This document shows positions 22,113 through 35,950 of a stretch of 64,000 bases of DNA, piece after piece. The position numbers and the translations under genes were made by a program. Source of the DNA: Marsupella aquatica. Taxonomy: Eukaryota; Plantae; Marchantiophyta. The notes beneath the pieces were generated by a model, which saw nothing but the letters and a program-made list of their open reading frames with translations, made no database searches and was not told the DNA's origin. Position 1 is the stretch's first letter, and each line of letters starts with the position of its first letter. The stretch covers positions 22,711,722 through 22,775,721 of the forward strand of contig OZ316896.1 in assembly GCA_973895155.1 (NCBI GenBank), given 5' to 3'.

Positions 22113-25100
22113 TGTTAGATATTGCTCTAGTCTTGTGACTCATGAGCTAACCACAGTTAGTCTAACTCGGGTTAGGACTTAGCTAATGTTAGCGGTAGTG
22201 CTATTGTGCATATAGCCAGGGCTGATGCCAGACCCTGGAGGAACTTAGGCTCATTGTTACGGAGCTAGTTGAGAGATAGGGAGAGCTTGTGCTGTGGATG
22301 CTTGGTATGGCCGGTCGGCCTAGAGTGCAGTAAAGCTCTTGTGTGTTCCCGTGGATGTAGCCTCATGTGGAGGTGAACCACGTATCTCTCTGTGTCGACT
22401 ATTGTGCGTTGGATGGTTCTTGGGCTTGCCGTTGCAAATGTCGTCTATGCTCAACAAGTGGTATCAGAGCATGCCTGGGAGGTGACGAGGTTTTATCGTG
22501 ACAGGTTTTTCCAGCGTTCATTGTCGATGGGACATTCGGAGTTTCGTCGCATGAAACTCGAATGTGTGTGGTTGAGCGGATAGGTTAGTGAGAGGGCTTT
22601 CTAACGGTGGTTAGAACTCGCTGATCGGTATCCGTGGTGCGGAGGAATTGAAGTTTGCGTCGTTCAGGGTTTATTCGTGTTCGACGGTATTTTTGGGGGA
22701 AAAACCTGAGTTCGCTTTTTTCAACGGTGTGAGTTGTGCGGTGCGGGAGGGATCACACATTACAGCTTAAGTTGAAGGTTGAAGCGAGCTGGTCGTTTTG
22801 GTAGCTGGATTGCTGTCGAGTTGTTACCGAGTGCGACGTGACGAGTGAAGGAGGCGTTCAGGTTTTTTCACAAGCTATGAAGCTTGTTCACATCTGAACC
22901 GGGTTTCTTTTCGTGACGTCCGACTCGGTGGAAGAAACGCGAAGTGCTACAGCTCAACGGTTTAATCGCGGCGAGGCGGTTGTTTTGAGCCCGGGATTGG
23001 CACTTGACGCGGAGTGAAGGCGATGCGACGGAAGTTTGGTCTCTGCTGAGGTTGAAGACTGTGCCGGTGAAATTTGGCCACATTCACCGTCGGCGGCATT
23101 CACTTTTCTCGTTGGAAACAGCGGCTTTTCAAGTGAGTTTTACATTCATTTTTTTCCATGGGAGCTTTTTTGCTTTAAGGGGGGTTTTATTGGGCCCTTG
23201 TGTGTGTACCCACCCCGGCCCCGTGTCTTCGTTTTCACGGCCCCCCCTCCTCCCCGCACCACGTTTAACGTCGGGGTACGCAGCGCCGGCCGGCGCGCGC
23301 CCCGGCCATCCCTGCCCCGCTCGCCCTTTTCCCCGTCCAGGCCCGACGTCCCTGCCTCCGCGAAACGCCGGCTCGCGCCCTCACGGCCCTTTCCACCCTT
23401 GGGCACTTTGCGAATACGCGGCTGCATACACAGCCGCTCGGGTACGCGCCCTGCCATACGCCCTTCGTACCCCGGCCATAATACTTGGTATTTTTGGGTC
23501 GAAAAGGGATTTGCACCCCCTTTAGGGCGTTTCTTATAGCTGTTTTTTACTCCCGGGCCCTGCCTCAACGCCCTGTACACCCCCTGGCCCGCCTCGCGTC
23601 GCCTATACGCGGATGCGCCTTTTTTATACTGGTATTTTTTCAGGTTAAGGGGCTTAGCACCCCTTTAGGGCCCCTTTTTATGCCATTTTTTCCTCTCTTT
23701 TGGTTGTCCCTTGTGCCAGGACCTGCCGCCCTCCGTTTTAACCGCTCTGACAGGGGGAACGGCCCCCTGTGAGACCTGCTGTACTGTGCGGGAATATTCC
23801 CAAAAAACAGAGAGCTGTTTTTTGGCCGTCCAACAAAGATTCTGTCCGCCAAACGGTAACTTTTTTGGTTCTTTTTCGGTGAGGACGTTGCCACTGGAGT
23901 TAGCATCGCGGCGCACCGATCACATCGCGATTCCGACGACGGGTTATACTGGGTATTTTGGTTATTCTCCGAGGTGGTCACAACGGGGGAGTTTCCCAAG
24001 GTTTTACCCACCTCGACCGAAATTTGAATAACTTTTCCGTCAAATTTTGATTTTGATTTTGACTTTCAGTATTTGACTCCTAGCTTCGTGGGCTACGCGG
24101 TGGTGTTGAATTTTGAGTTTTATGAGAAATTTCAAAAAACGACATTTTTTCGTGATTGTTTCATATGAGTGACTCGGAGGATACTGGAAGAATTGGCGTC
24201 GGTGGAGCTTCAGGATCGCGACGGTTAGACGGAGAGTCTGAGGAGGAGCTGCTACCATTTGAGGAAGAACTAGTGACACCGGTACGATCACCGGTGCGAC
24301 GTGCAGTGGAGGAAGCTGTGTTACTACCAGAGCTATCGGTAGTAGGGAAGAAGAGGGAGATGGCTAGATTTGGAGGAGTGAAGTTTGAGGTGGAGAAGTA
24401 CGATGGTCGTACTGATTACTTGTTGTGGGAGAAGCAAGTGAAGGGTGTCCTTCGGGCCATGGGATTAGCTCATCTGCTTTCTTCGCGAGAGCAGTATGAT
24501 GGAGAGGAGGAGATTTCTGTAAAGCAGTGGAGACAGGAGCAGGTGATTGCTATCAATGCAGTGATGCTATATCTCAAGCCGCACATCATCAAGCAGCTGG
24601 ATGATTATGCGGATTGCACGTCACTGTTCAAGGCTCTAAGAGAGAAGTACTATCGGGAAGATGCGTCAGACCGGTTGTACAAGAAGTCTCTCTTGATGAG
24701 CCTCAGGCTCAAGGAAGGGAGCAAGATGCAGGATCACCTGGATGAGTTTGACAGTCTAGCGGTGGATCTGTCAAATCTGGGAAAAGGAGTTGAAGATGAG
24801 GATAAGGCCTTGCTTCTGCTAAGCTCCTTACCGCCGTCATATCAGGGCTTGAAATAGGTGCTCTTGTACAGAGATCTGAAGTCCATTTCGTATAATGAGG
24901 TGGTAAGCTCTTTACTGTCTGATGATGCTCAGAAGAAGCTGGGTCAATCACAGACAGCATCTTCTTTTGGCACTGCGCTCAATGTGAACAGGGGAAGAGC
25001 AACGCAGCGCACGAATGGGCAGAACAAGTTTAGATCTACATCACGGGGGAGATCTAAATCCAAAGGAAAATCGCAAGAGAGGAAGCCTCTTGCATGTTGG

Positions 25101-28100
25101 AATTGTGGCAAGCCAGGCCACATGAAAAGGGATTGTCGAGTAAAGGTCCCTACTACCTCTGCTAATGCAGCATCGAGCTTGCATGAGGTAGATTTACTCG
25201 ATGATGATGACATATTGTGATGTCAAGGTTATGCTCTCAACGTAGTGTCAAATCCAGGTAGTGATGATTGGATTCTAGATAGTGCATGTACTTTTCACAT
25301 TTGCTCTAGGATAGATTGTTTCAGTTCTTACACGGTTTCCAACGGGTCAGTGTTGATGGGAAATGGAATCCCATGTCAAGTTGTTGGACTTGGATCTGTA
25401 AGATTTCAGATGTTTGATGGTGTTGTGAGAACGTTGAGGAATGTGAGACATATTCCCAGCATGATGAAAAATCTCATTTCACTTGGAGTTTTAGAAGCAA
25501 ATGGCCATCAGTGGAGCTCTGCTAATGGTGTCCTTCAGGTTTCAACTGGTACTAAAGTTGTATTGAAGGGAAAGAGACATAGCAATCTGTACGTTTTGGA
25601 GGGCAGTGTAGTTTGTGATGAAGCCAATGTAACCTTATCTCATGAGGAGACGGCCCGGCTGTGGCACTTCCGTTTGGGCCACATGAGTGAAAAAGGTTTG
25701 GTTATTCTTCAGAAGAAAGGATTACTTTCTAATTTGCAATCTTGTAAATTGGAATTTTGTGAGCACTGTGTGCTAGGGAAGCACCATAGAAAACCCTTCG
25801 GAGTTGGAACTCACACCAGCAAGGAGGTACTTGAGTATGTACATAGTGATGTGTGGGGTCCAGCCCCTACTCCCTCACATTCTGGACGGTTATACTATGT
25901 CACGTTCATAGACGATTACTCAAGGTATGTGTGGATATACTTTCTACATAGTAAGTCTGATATTTTTGCCACTTTTAAGGAGTGGAAAGCCCAAGTTGAG
26001 AATCAGACTGGTAATAAGGTGAAATATCTTTGATCGGATAACGGCGGTGAATACAGTTCCAGGGAATTTGGAACGTATTGTAAGGAGCAGGGGATCACCC
26101 GCCATCTCACAACAACCTATACTCCTCAACAGAATGGTGTTTCTGAGAGACTCAACCGAACACTATTGGACCGCTCGAGGAGTATGTTGAGTCAATCATG
26201 CTTACCACATGAGTTTTGGGCTGAAGTTGTCAACACTACAGCTTATCTGGTAAATTTTTCTCCATCCAGTTCTATTGGATTCAAGACGCCATTTGAAATG
26301 AGGTACGGGCGTCCAGCAGATTACTCACATCTGAGGATTTTTGGATGTGATGCTTATGTGCTTACACCTTCCCAGCTTCGATCCAAGCTGGAGTCCAAGT
26401 CGAAGAAGTGCATTTTCCTTGGCTATCAGAAAAGTGTTAAGGGTTATAGGTTATGGGATCCAGTAACCTGTAAACTAATTGTCAGTAGAGATGTGTCCTT
26501 TAATGAATCCAGATCATCAAAGGAGGGGGAGAGTTCTCAGGACTCTCATACTGACAAGGGGAAATCTCTCATCCCGGACCGGGTTGAGGGGGAGATTAGT
26601 CATGATGCAGTTCATGACAGGAGAGATGGAGAAGCTTCGGGCTTGGAGCTGATTCCTGTGATGGAACAAGAGGAGCAGATTGTTGCTGGGGTACCTCAAA
26701 TTCAACCAGCAGCAGCAGCAGATCAGCCTGAGTCATCTACTAGAAGAACTTCCAGTCGTTCTACTAGAGCTCCTACCAGGTATGGTCAATGGGCAGACTC
26801 ATCTAAGCTAGATGATATTGACATTGCACTTGATGAAGATGACATGGCTTTGATTTTGGAAGAAGGAGAGCCTTCTTCGTACAGTGAGGCTTGTGCTTCA
26901 GAACAGAAGCATGAGTGGAATGCAGCAATGCAGAGAGAGTTGCAATCTTTGAGTGACAACAAGACTTGGGAGCTAGTGGAGCTTCCAAGAGGTCAGCAAG
27001 TGGTGGACAGCAAGTGGATTTACAAGTTGAAGGACAGTCCTTCAGAGGGTGGAGATAAGATCTACAAGGCACGGCTTGTTGCCAAGGGATTCACTCAGGA
27101 GAAAGGAGTGGATTACAATAAGGTTTTTTCACCGGTGGCTAAGTATTCCACAATTCGGATCTTGTGTCAACTTGTTGTGTTTTTTGGTCTGGTGATGGAT
27201 CAGATGGATGTTGTTACTGCTTTTCTCTATGGTAACTTGGAAGAGTTGATCTTCATGAGACAGCCACTAGGCTTTATGAAGAAGGGCCAAGAGAACTTAG
27301 TTTGCAGATTGCTCAAGTCCTTGTATGGATTGAAGCAGTCTTCCAGATAGTGCAACAAGCGGTTTGATGATTTCATGTTTGCTCAAGGTTTTACAAGGAT
27401 GGTATATGATCCTTGTGTGTATACGAAATCAGTCAAGAATGATGTATTTGGTTTCATCATTCTGGTGATCTATGTGGATGACATGCTGATTGTGGCTAAA
27501 GATCAATCTGAGGTTGACAGTCTCAAGGCAAAATTGAGTGTTGAATTCAGGATGAAGGATCTTGGTAAGGCCAAGAGGATCTTAGGAATGGAGATTTTTA
27601 GGAACTCTGAGACTAGACAGTTGTGCTTGAGTCAAGGCCAGTATGCGAGGAAAGTACTTGCACGATTCAACATGGAGAACTGTAAGCCAGTGAGTATTCC
27701 TTTAGCTTCACATTTCAAGTTATCATCGGCTTTCTCTCCTACGGATGCTGTGGAGAAAGGTCTGATGGCTAAGATTCCTTATGAGAAGGCAGTATGCAGT
27801 CTGATGTATTTGATAACTTGTACTAGGCCTGACTTGGCCCTAGCGATGGGCAAGGTTAGCAGATTCATGTCAAATCCAGGGAAGGTACACTGGGAAGCTG
27901 TGAAGTGGATTCTCAGGTATGTGAAGGGTACACAGGACTATGGATTACTATTTGATAACAGATCAAATAGAACGTTAGTTGGCTATGTAGATTCTGACTA
28001 TGGAGGGTGTCTAGATACAAGGAGGTCTACAACTGGGTTTGTATACACTCTTGGAGGAGGATGTATCAGTTGGAAATCTACCTTGCAGAAGTGCATTTCT

Positions 28101-28990
28101 CAATCTACTATAGAAGCAGAGTATGTTGCAGCAGCAGAAGCAGCAAAGGAAGCAATTTGGTTGGACAAGTTGATCGCGGAGATGGGTTTAGAGCATGGCA
28201 AAATGACTCTAAACTGTGATAGTCAGAGTGCTCTTCACTTGGCTGCTAACCAGGTGATGGATAGTAGGGTGAAGCACATTGATATCAGATACCATTTTAT
28301 CAGGCAAGCAGTGTCTGATAAAACTTTTGAGCTAGTCAAGATTGATGGAAAGCTCAATCCCGCCGATGCCTTTACCAAAGTGATTCATTTGGAGAGTTTC
28401 TCAAGACACCGTGCTACTTTGCAGGTTTTGCAGTTGTAATGCAAGTAGAGTTATTTAGCAATGTGTGACTATTTGTATATGGATTATTCATTCCTGTTTG
28501 GCTACGGCTTAGTTCTAGTTAACCCTTAGTTAACCCTTGTGGTTTTTAGGGGGAGACCTGGTTTGGTGATTGTCTAGAACTTCCCGTTGAGGATTCCATA
28601 TGGTAGCATTTAGTCTAGTCCCCAAGACAAGAGTCAAGGGGGAGTTTGTTAGATATTGCTCTAGTCTTGTGACTCATGAGCTAACCATAGTTAGTCTAAC
28701 TCGGGTTAGGACTTAGCTAATGTTAGCGGTAGTGCTATTGTGCATATAGCCAGGGCTGATGCCAGACCCTGGAGGAACTTAGGCTCATTGTTACGGAGCT
28801 AGTTGAGAGATAGGGAGAGCTTGTGCTGTGGATGCTTGGTATGGCCGGTCGGCCTAGAGTGCAGTAAAGCTCTTGTGTGTTCCCGTGGACGTAACCTCAT
28901 GTGGAGGTGAACCACGTATCTCTCTGTGTCGACTATTGTGCGTTGGATGGTTCTTGGGCTTGCCGTTGCGAATGTCGTCTATGCTCAACA
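22113..28990 (+). mobile_element. Full-length Ty1/copia LTR retrotransposon
   Basis: 344-bp LTRs at 22113-22456 and 28647-28990 (TG..CA, 4 mismatches by eye); TSD AGGTC; PBS TGGTATCAGAGC (tRNA-iMet) at 22459-22470; PPT AAGGGGGAG at ~28636-28644. Confidence 0.97.
24165..28439 (+). pseudogene. Copia gag-pol (gag, zinc knuckle, protease, integrase, RT, RNase H) in one frame with four in-frame stops
   Basis: CWNCGKPGHMKRDC, WILDSAC, HxRLGH..C..C, HSDVWGP, YKARLVAKG, YVDDML, KHIDIRYHF; stops at 24855, 25218, 26031, 27348. Confidence 0.93.
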
Positions 28991-29148
28991 AGGTCTAGGC
29001 AGGTGTGAAGTTTGAACCTGATAAGGTCCAACGTTCTGTGCACACAAATCTTATCCAAGAATGGGGTTCATTCACTTCTAGTGACACACTTATCACCAGC
29101 AGTGGAGTGTGGGAAAATGAGCATTCATATTATCCTTCTACAGGCAAT

Positions 29149-29150
<2 letters not shown>

Positions 29151-29184
<34 letters not shown>
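29151..29184. repeat. (GT)n microsatellite
   Basis: Perfect GT dinucleotide run. Confidence 0.95.
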
Positions 29185-29186
<2 letters not shown>

Positions 29187-29734
29187 AAGACACATGAATG
29201 AGCATCAATATTATCCTTCAAGCTGAATTATTTCAAACCTGTCCCACTCTTAAATTAGGGTTACTACCATTATAGTCTACCTTGTCTAAGTGCAGGAAGA
29301 TGCCCCAAGCCTGCACTTATCCATGTTATGCACCATGCCATAATTGCATGGGCATCATTTATGCACTTCTCCATAAGTGCATATTGCATTTTCCAATAAG
29401 TGCATGTGAAAAATCACTTATGCACTGCTGCAAGTGTCTTGTTAGCCAGGTCATGCACATCTGGCATACCCAGAAGCCTCATTATATACTGCACAATTCA
29501 ACTGGATAAGTGCATGAATCCACCAAGTGTAGTTCTCTACTGCACTAACTTCACTCAATGCTTCTAGCATATGCATTGCAGTAAATGATTAATGCATGTG
29601 CACTCTTATAGACATAAATGTGTTTATGTATTTGTCTTTTAGTTACTCTACCACACTTACAAAGGGTGCATTGTTTTTGGTGCATTAGAAAGAAAACTAT
29701 TGTAATATTAAGGGACTACATGACCAACATCCAG

Positions 29735-30378
29735 TTACCCACAGAATGCACTTATACACTCAGCACTTATCCACGATAGACTGTAATTAGGGACAACACT
29801 AGTGGAGGTTACCCACTGAATGCACTTATACATGCAGCACTTATCCACCTAGACTGTAATTAGGGACAACACTAATGGAGGTGAAGAGTGTCATTAGGGA
29901 CAACACTAATGGAGGTGAAGAGTGTAGTTAGGGACAACACTAATGGAGGTGAAGAGTGTAGTTAGGGACAACACTAATGGAGGTGAAGAGTGTAATTAGG
30001 GACACCACTAATGGAGATGAAGAGTGTAATTAGGGACAACACCAATGGAGGTGAAGAGTGTAATTAGGGACACCACTAATGGAGGTGAAGACTGTAATTT
30101 TAATTAGGGACACCACTAATGGAGGTGAAGACTGTAATTAGGGACACCACTAATGGAGGTGAAGAGTGTAATTAGGGACAACACCAATGGAGGTGAAGAG
30201 TGTAATTAGGGACACCACTAATGGAGGTGAAGACTGTAATTTTAATTAGGGACACCACTAATGGAGGTGAAGACTGTAATTAGAGACAACACTAATGGAG
30301 GTGAAGAGTGTAATTAGGGACAACACTAATGGAGGTGAAGAGTGTAATTAGGGAGACCACTAATGGAGGTGAAGAGTG
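29735..30378. repeat. 34-bp minisatellite (TGTAATTAGGGACAACACTAATGGAGGTGAAGAG, ~15 copies) preceded by two ~73-bp related units
   Basis: Direct head-to-tail repeats with no unique spacers. Confidence 0.95.
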
Positions 30379-30965
30379 AGCTCTCTCCTTGTCTTAGTTT
30401 TTGTGAGCTCTCAATTTGATTCGTCGATTCGTTTTTGCAATTACTCGAGTAGATTGACGCATTTCGTTCAAGCTCAGGTTTGCCGCAATCTGAGCTCCAT
30501 GAATCAACATTCTGCCTCGTTCAAGTCTCTCGTTCAACCCAGGTCAGAGCACTTCTTCTCAAGCTCTCACCCAAAAGAAATCTTAGCTCGATCGACTCAC
30601 GCTCTGTCTCCGTTTCGCTCGCTACTACGTTAGGTTTAAGCATTTTGTCGAAACTCAGCACAGAAATCGTAGCTTTCCAAACACTCTGTCTTCGAGCATT
30701 CAGTGATCTGTGATTTTGACCTTCTAAAATTTCTGCAGTGATGGCTGCAGTTCGTTTGAGTATGTCGGCGGCAATCGGGGCTCCGGGTGATCATGGTATG
30801 ATAAGCAATTGACAGAAATTGACGAATTTCTCCCGATTGCTTCCCCTGTCCCGAGCGAATGGACTGACGGACAACAATTCTGTTGGGAAGAGCCCTCACT
30901 TCGCTCGGGCACCAGGAGGATGACGTGAACTGAGGAATCCACATGCAAACTGGGAGTGGGTAGAG

Positions 30966-33487
30966 ATGGGAAGTGATTCATTCCAAGCGGTTGACGATTC
31001 TCAAAGTGCTCTTCTCGCACGACACGCATATGCTGTTCTGGGAGCTGTTGCCACGGAGACGGTTTTCTTTTACCCCCTCGACACGCTCACGACTCTTCTT
31101 CAGGTCTGTCTCTCTCTTTCTCTCGATCAAATTGCTTGATAACAATCCCTTCCATATCTCCGATTGTCTTGTCACTGATGTAGCTGAGCAGGTGAGTGCG
31201 AATGCAGGGAAGAGCTTGGGCATATCGGCGATTGTTGAAGGAGTGGGGGCAACCTCCGGATTTGTAGGTCAGACGCCTTAATTTTCCTCTCATGTGTTTA
31301 ACAAATGTTGGTCGTAGGAGTGATCAAGGAGGATGCTGACGGTTTTGGCTATGTCTTTGCCTTTCAGGACTCTATGGGGGTACCGGCTGGCAAGTGCTAG
31401 GGAGGATACCTGTCCTGAGTGTGCGCTTTGGAGTCTATGAGATCATTACAGCATACTTTAAAGGTAACTGGGATCTGTTATATTTAAAGTCGCAATTGTG
31501 TCGAAATTAGTAAATTGCCTCACAAATTTTTATGAAGTCTTGTTTCTTTGTGGTTTGGCTTGAGCTGAGCAATGCTCGATCCCAGAATTACGCTGGAATT
31601 CTTGCTTAACTGTGGTTTTACTTATGTCGCTTATCCTACTACAACTACATGCCCACTCGACCTCGTAAGTGGAACCTTTAGATTTTTCGACGAGAGTGTG
31701 ATGGCAATGGAGAAATCTTGATCGCATGAGAGTAGCTCCGCATGCAACAATGTAACCACACACGACTAACTAAAATAAAATATTTCATTGGAATGTGTAG
31801 ATGGTCGAAGTGAGAACTTTGTGAGCGTCTCCGAGGCCCTTTTGGCTGGCTTAGCTGCTGGAGCCTTCGAATCTGTCATTGCCACCCCCTTCGATTTCCT
31901 TAGGGTGCGGGCACAAGTGAGTACTGCGACTACCGGCGAGGTCCAAGCACGAAGAGCCTTGTTCCAATCAAATCAGAAGAATTATATCCCAAATCGAGGA
32001 TCTAATCCTGCTCATTGGAAAAGTATTAGGAAGTCCCTATCCCTATTACCTGTTCAATCCCCCAATCTAATACCTGCATTGAAAGAGTATCCATGGTTAG
32101 CAACTGGATCTGGACAGCCACCTCTTGTCAAAGACGTTGGGGGTCTTAGGGGAGCAGTTGTTCTCGAAGGTTGGAAACGTTTATGGAGTGGACTGCGTCC
32201 CGGTATATACCGAGATGCTATTTATGGTGGATGTTTCTTCAGCGGCTGGCAATATCTTGATGATCTTGTAGCAGAGTGGAAGGCATTCAAAATGGATCCA
32301 CCTCCAAGGTTAGAATCAAACTTCTTTCTTATGCAACTAAGATTTTCTCCTTCCTGTCATGAGCAAAATGAGGCTTTTCATCAGCTTCACATCATCTTCA
32401 AAGCCTATTTTCCCGTGGCGGATGTAGGATTGGTATTCACTTATGACTTCACATCCTCAAACTTTCAGCGGAAACTTGAGGAAGGCTGCAATGTTCTGCA
32501 TTGGGCTTCATCTGTGCCGATTTTTCCATGATTTGCAGCTTTCCGTCGGTCACTTCCTGCTCTTTGAAGTGCAATGTCATACGAGTAGGAGGATCTCATG
32601 CTTCGAAAGACGCTTTTGTTGGGTCTGGACCGCAGCTCTTGGGACGAGGTGGGACCATCATCGCCAATACAGCTTAGTTTAACAGCTGGTATAGCGGCCT
32701 CATTTGCAGCTACTGCTTCTCATTCATTTGATTCTGCCAAGACCAGAGCTCAAGCTACTGTGGTGCCAAAGGTAACTCCAATGTCTTGTCTCAGCTTATC
32801 CCTGGTTTTTGCCTTGCTCACCATGTTAGTATGTGAACAATGTAAATCAAAGGTTGAACAATTAGTTCAAGGGTTACAAAACCATGGTGAAATTTCGAAT
32901 GATCTCACCGGACACAGTTCGCATGGTTTATCATGAATACAGTCTGTGATATGTTTGAAAATGCGGGCTAACCTACCTTGGGGGGAATTCGGGAACGGAA
33001 CATACAGTGTGTTGGACTAATGACAAAGAAACGCTTGGACGAGAGTGGTACTAGTTGTAATGGAGAATTCGTTGTTCACTAAGAAACGGACATAAAAGAG
33101 TTTGTAGAGAAGGAAGTGAGAAGTGATATACTAGTTTCTGACGCATTCAGCAGGCAGTGACAAGAGTTTAGCATGGGTTACAAAATTGTCATCTTTGGTT
33201 GTGAAAGGAATTACCATACGAGATGTCATTCATTGGAATCGGATTTGCCGTTGTTCTAAGATAGTTTCCCTGGTTTGCAGTATCTAGCCATGGAAAGGAC
33301 TCTTTTGAAGTGGAAGGTGCCAGGGAACTGGTTTGAATACATAGTGGGATTCAGTCCGTTAGATAGACCATTTCTGCGGAAGGGACTGGGTGTAAGGGCT
33401 TTGCAACATGGTCTTGGCACTTTTGCTCTGGTATTAACTTACCATACTACCTTGCAGACGGGATTGAGCCAAAGGAAAATAAAATAG
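30966..33487 (+). CDS. Mitochondrial carrier family protein (At4g15010-like); exons ~30966-31103, 31192-31267, 31368-31463, 31801-32308, 32636-32771, 33281-33487
   Basis: Carrier signatures YPLDTL, TPFDFLRVRAQ, SHSFDSAKTRAQ; RFGVYEIITAYFKDGR and EYPW..TGSG match the recalled Arabidopsis homolog; GT-AG junctions in frame. Confidence 0.85.
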
Positions 33488-35950
33488 AAATCAGTCAACT
33501 TTTGATCCTGTTAGAGCATAGGTCAATCTCCAGAATTCTTTCAGGAGACGGCCTCCACTTAAGTCGGCATGTAGGTTATTGTCACGGCTGAATGTTCTTT
33601 CTTTGGGCGTCATTTAAAGTCCCGCTGGATCCAAGCGATTCGTGACTAGTTTATGGTGGTTTACTCATGTCAAAACTGAGATGAGTCCATCCCCTTTGGT
33701 TCCAGATCAATTGATTCTTTTTACATCAGACCAAATGCTGTGAAGAATTAGCTTCAAATGGAAATTGTTTTCACGATTGTAATTAATTATTGGCTTCGAA
33801 AGAAGAGTATAGAACTCACGTGGGGTAAAATATGTTTCCATCTGGGTGCCTCATTTCAGTTGGAGTTGGTTTAAAGTTGCAAGTAGACAATAGTGATATG
33901 GAAGCGAGAGTCCACACATAATTGAATACAATCCCCTCGAGAGGGATCGTACTTAAGAAAGGTGGCGGATCACACTGCCAAAGAACAGAATGCTCTACAT
34001 CTAGAGAAATAATATATGTCACAATGCCAAAGAACAAAATGTTACTAATTGGGAGAAATGATCCTACCCACTGAAGACCCAAAGAACCAAAATGTTCCAT
34101 ATTGGCAGAAAGGGTCCCAAACCCCGGAGACCCAATAAAAGGTATCGAATAAAAATGACAGCAGACTTGATAGACATAGGTGACATCGTATAATCACTGA
34201 GTACTCTCGGACTCCTCTGTATTTTCATATTGCAAAATGCGTTACAATCTACTTTTCCGTTTTTCTTGGTGTACTTTGTTGGCACTTTTCAGTAATCTGT
34301 TATTTTCTGCAGACGTGACAGACACTTGTCTTATAGAAAAAATGCATCACAATTTACTTGGCCTTCTCCTACTTTGTTGGCATTTTTTGGTGCCGTGACA
34401 AACATAGTTGACAGACTGCAATTATTGAGTCCTCTCTCACTCGTCTGTACACACCCTCCACCAACACGAGGACTTGTTTCATTAAACGCATCACAACTTA
34501 CTCGGCCCTTTTTTTCTTATTGTACTTCGTTGGCTTTTTCATGAATTTGTTCTTCTCTTCTGTTTTGCCAATGAAAAAAGTCAGTCATCTGAATGTCTCA
34601 ATTGCCAACGACGACTGATCTTCATCCACTCTTTTTCGGCAATTTAATTTAGTTGCTAGGTTTTAGGGGCAACGGTAGGGAGTTCAAGCATCACTTTAAT
34701 CCGCCAGTAGCCATATATAAAGCAAAGTGTCCAACACTTCCTTTGTTTTCCAAATTCCATCCACTCCCCTGCCAGTGTGCTCCATGAATTCAGGAAACAT
34801 TGCTGTTCATGGTGAAACCTGGTGGATCCAGGTTTTTGTCGTGGGTAGTGGCGGTTAAACCAGTCCATGTACATACCCACAAGATTCCTTCCTCCATTAG
34901 TAGCTATAGTCTTTATCATTTTTTTCCCAACATTAAAAGCTTAAAAAAAAAATTACTATCAGTTTCGAGAATAATTCACTTTCTAGTTCATTCTTAAGAT
35001 AATACTTATATATTTTTTGGTACTACACGACATAATAACAAATGATGCCACGATGGGAGACAAAGAACAAATGATTCCAGGGTAAAGCTCTTCTTGTTCC
35101 TTGTAGCTCGTTGTGGAGACAGTCTCCTCAGAACCAATTGACCAGAGCGCCCCCGTCCTGCCATGGTCTACTGAATTAAGTCATTTCCACTTATTATATA
35201 TATGTTGGACGTCCCGGAGAAGAGCTCATTCCCAACAATTCGTCACGGACCTGGAATTCTCGAATCCGGAACATCCCAAGGCCAAGGTGGAGCTCCACGA
35301 CCCGGCCTTTCACATCGCAACCATTCGAGTTAAAGAATGTGCGAAACTTTGCATCAGTACAGAGAAGTAGAGCCGAATGGTTGTTGTGTATCTCCTAAGA
35401 ACACTACAGAACAGCTTAGGAACATCCTTCTAATCCATGTCTGTGATTCCGGACAAGTGTTCACTCAATTCACACTAAAGCACAACAAAAAGGTTCACTG
35501 GTACCACCTCGAGTGCAATCGATACTCACACGCCTCCTGTAATTTGCTTGAAAAAGCCAGAGTGGTCGGTCCTATTTTTATTTCCCATGATCCATCGATT
35601 TCTGAAGAGAATGCAGCGTTTCGTTTTGGATGCGTTCTTGGACTTGATTCTTACAATTTCCTTCTTCGTGGTAGTCTAATTATATGTACCAAGTCACTTC
35701 TGGCAAAGAATTTAAAGACATTCTGAAGATAAATTTTTCTGCCATTATTGAGTCTTTCCATTCCGTGCATTCAATTATTAACATACTGATTTCTGACTTG
35801 GGTGTCCAGTTGATTCGATGAAGCTGTGAAGTGTACGTTGGAAGAAAGTGCAGAAGCTACCCACATATGCCTGAGAGTAGAGACCGGCAGTCTTCCCAAA
35901 ATTAAGAGCAAGGCTTCCAGACAGTCTCACTCTCCTGGACATCCTTCAAG

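Noticed and set aside
23004-24031. Overlapping Pro/Arg-rich ORFs in the copia leader as an extra gene
   Set aside because: GC-rich low-complexity 5' UTR gives open frames on both strands with no domain signal
29855-30378. 34-bp repeat array as a CRISPR array
   Set aside because: Units are contiguous with no unique spacers, there are no cas genes and the context is eukaryotic; the same applies to 57698-58090 and the 24-bp arrays
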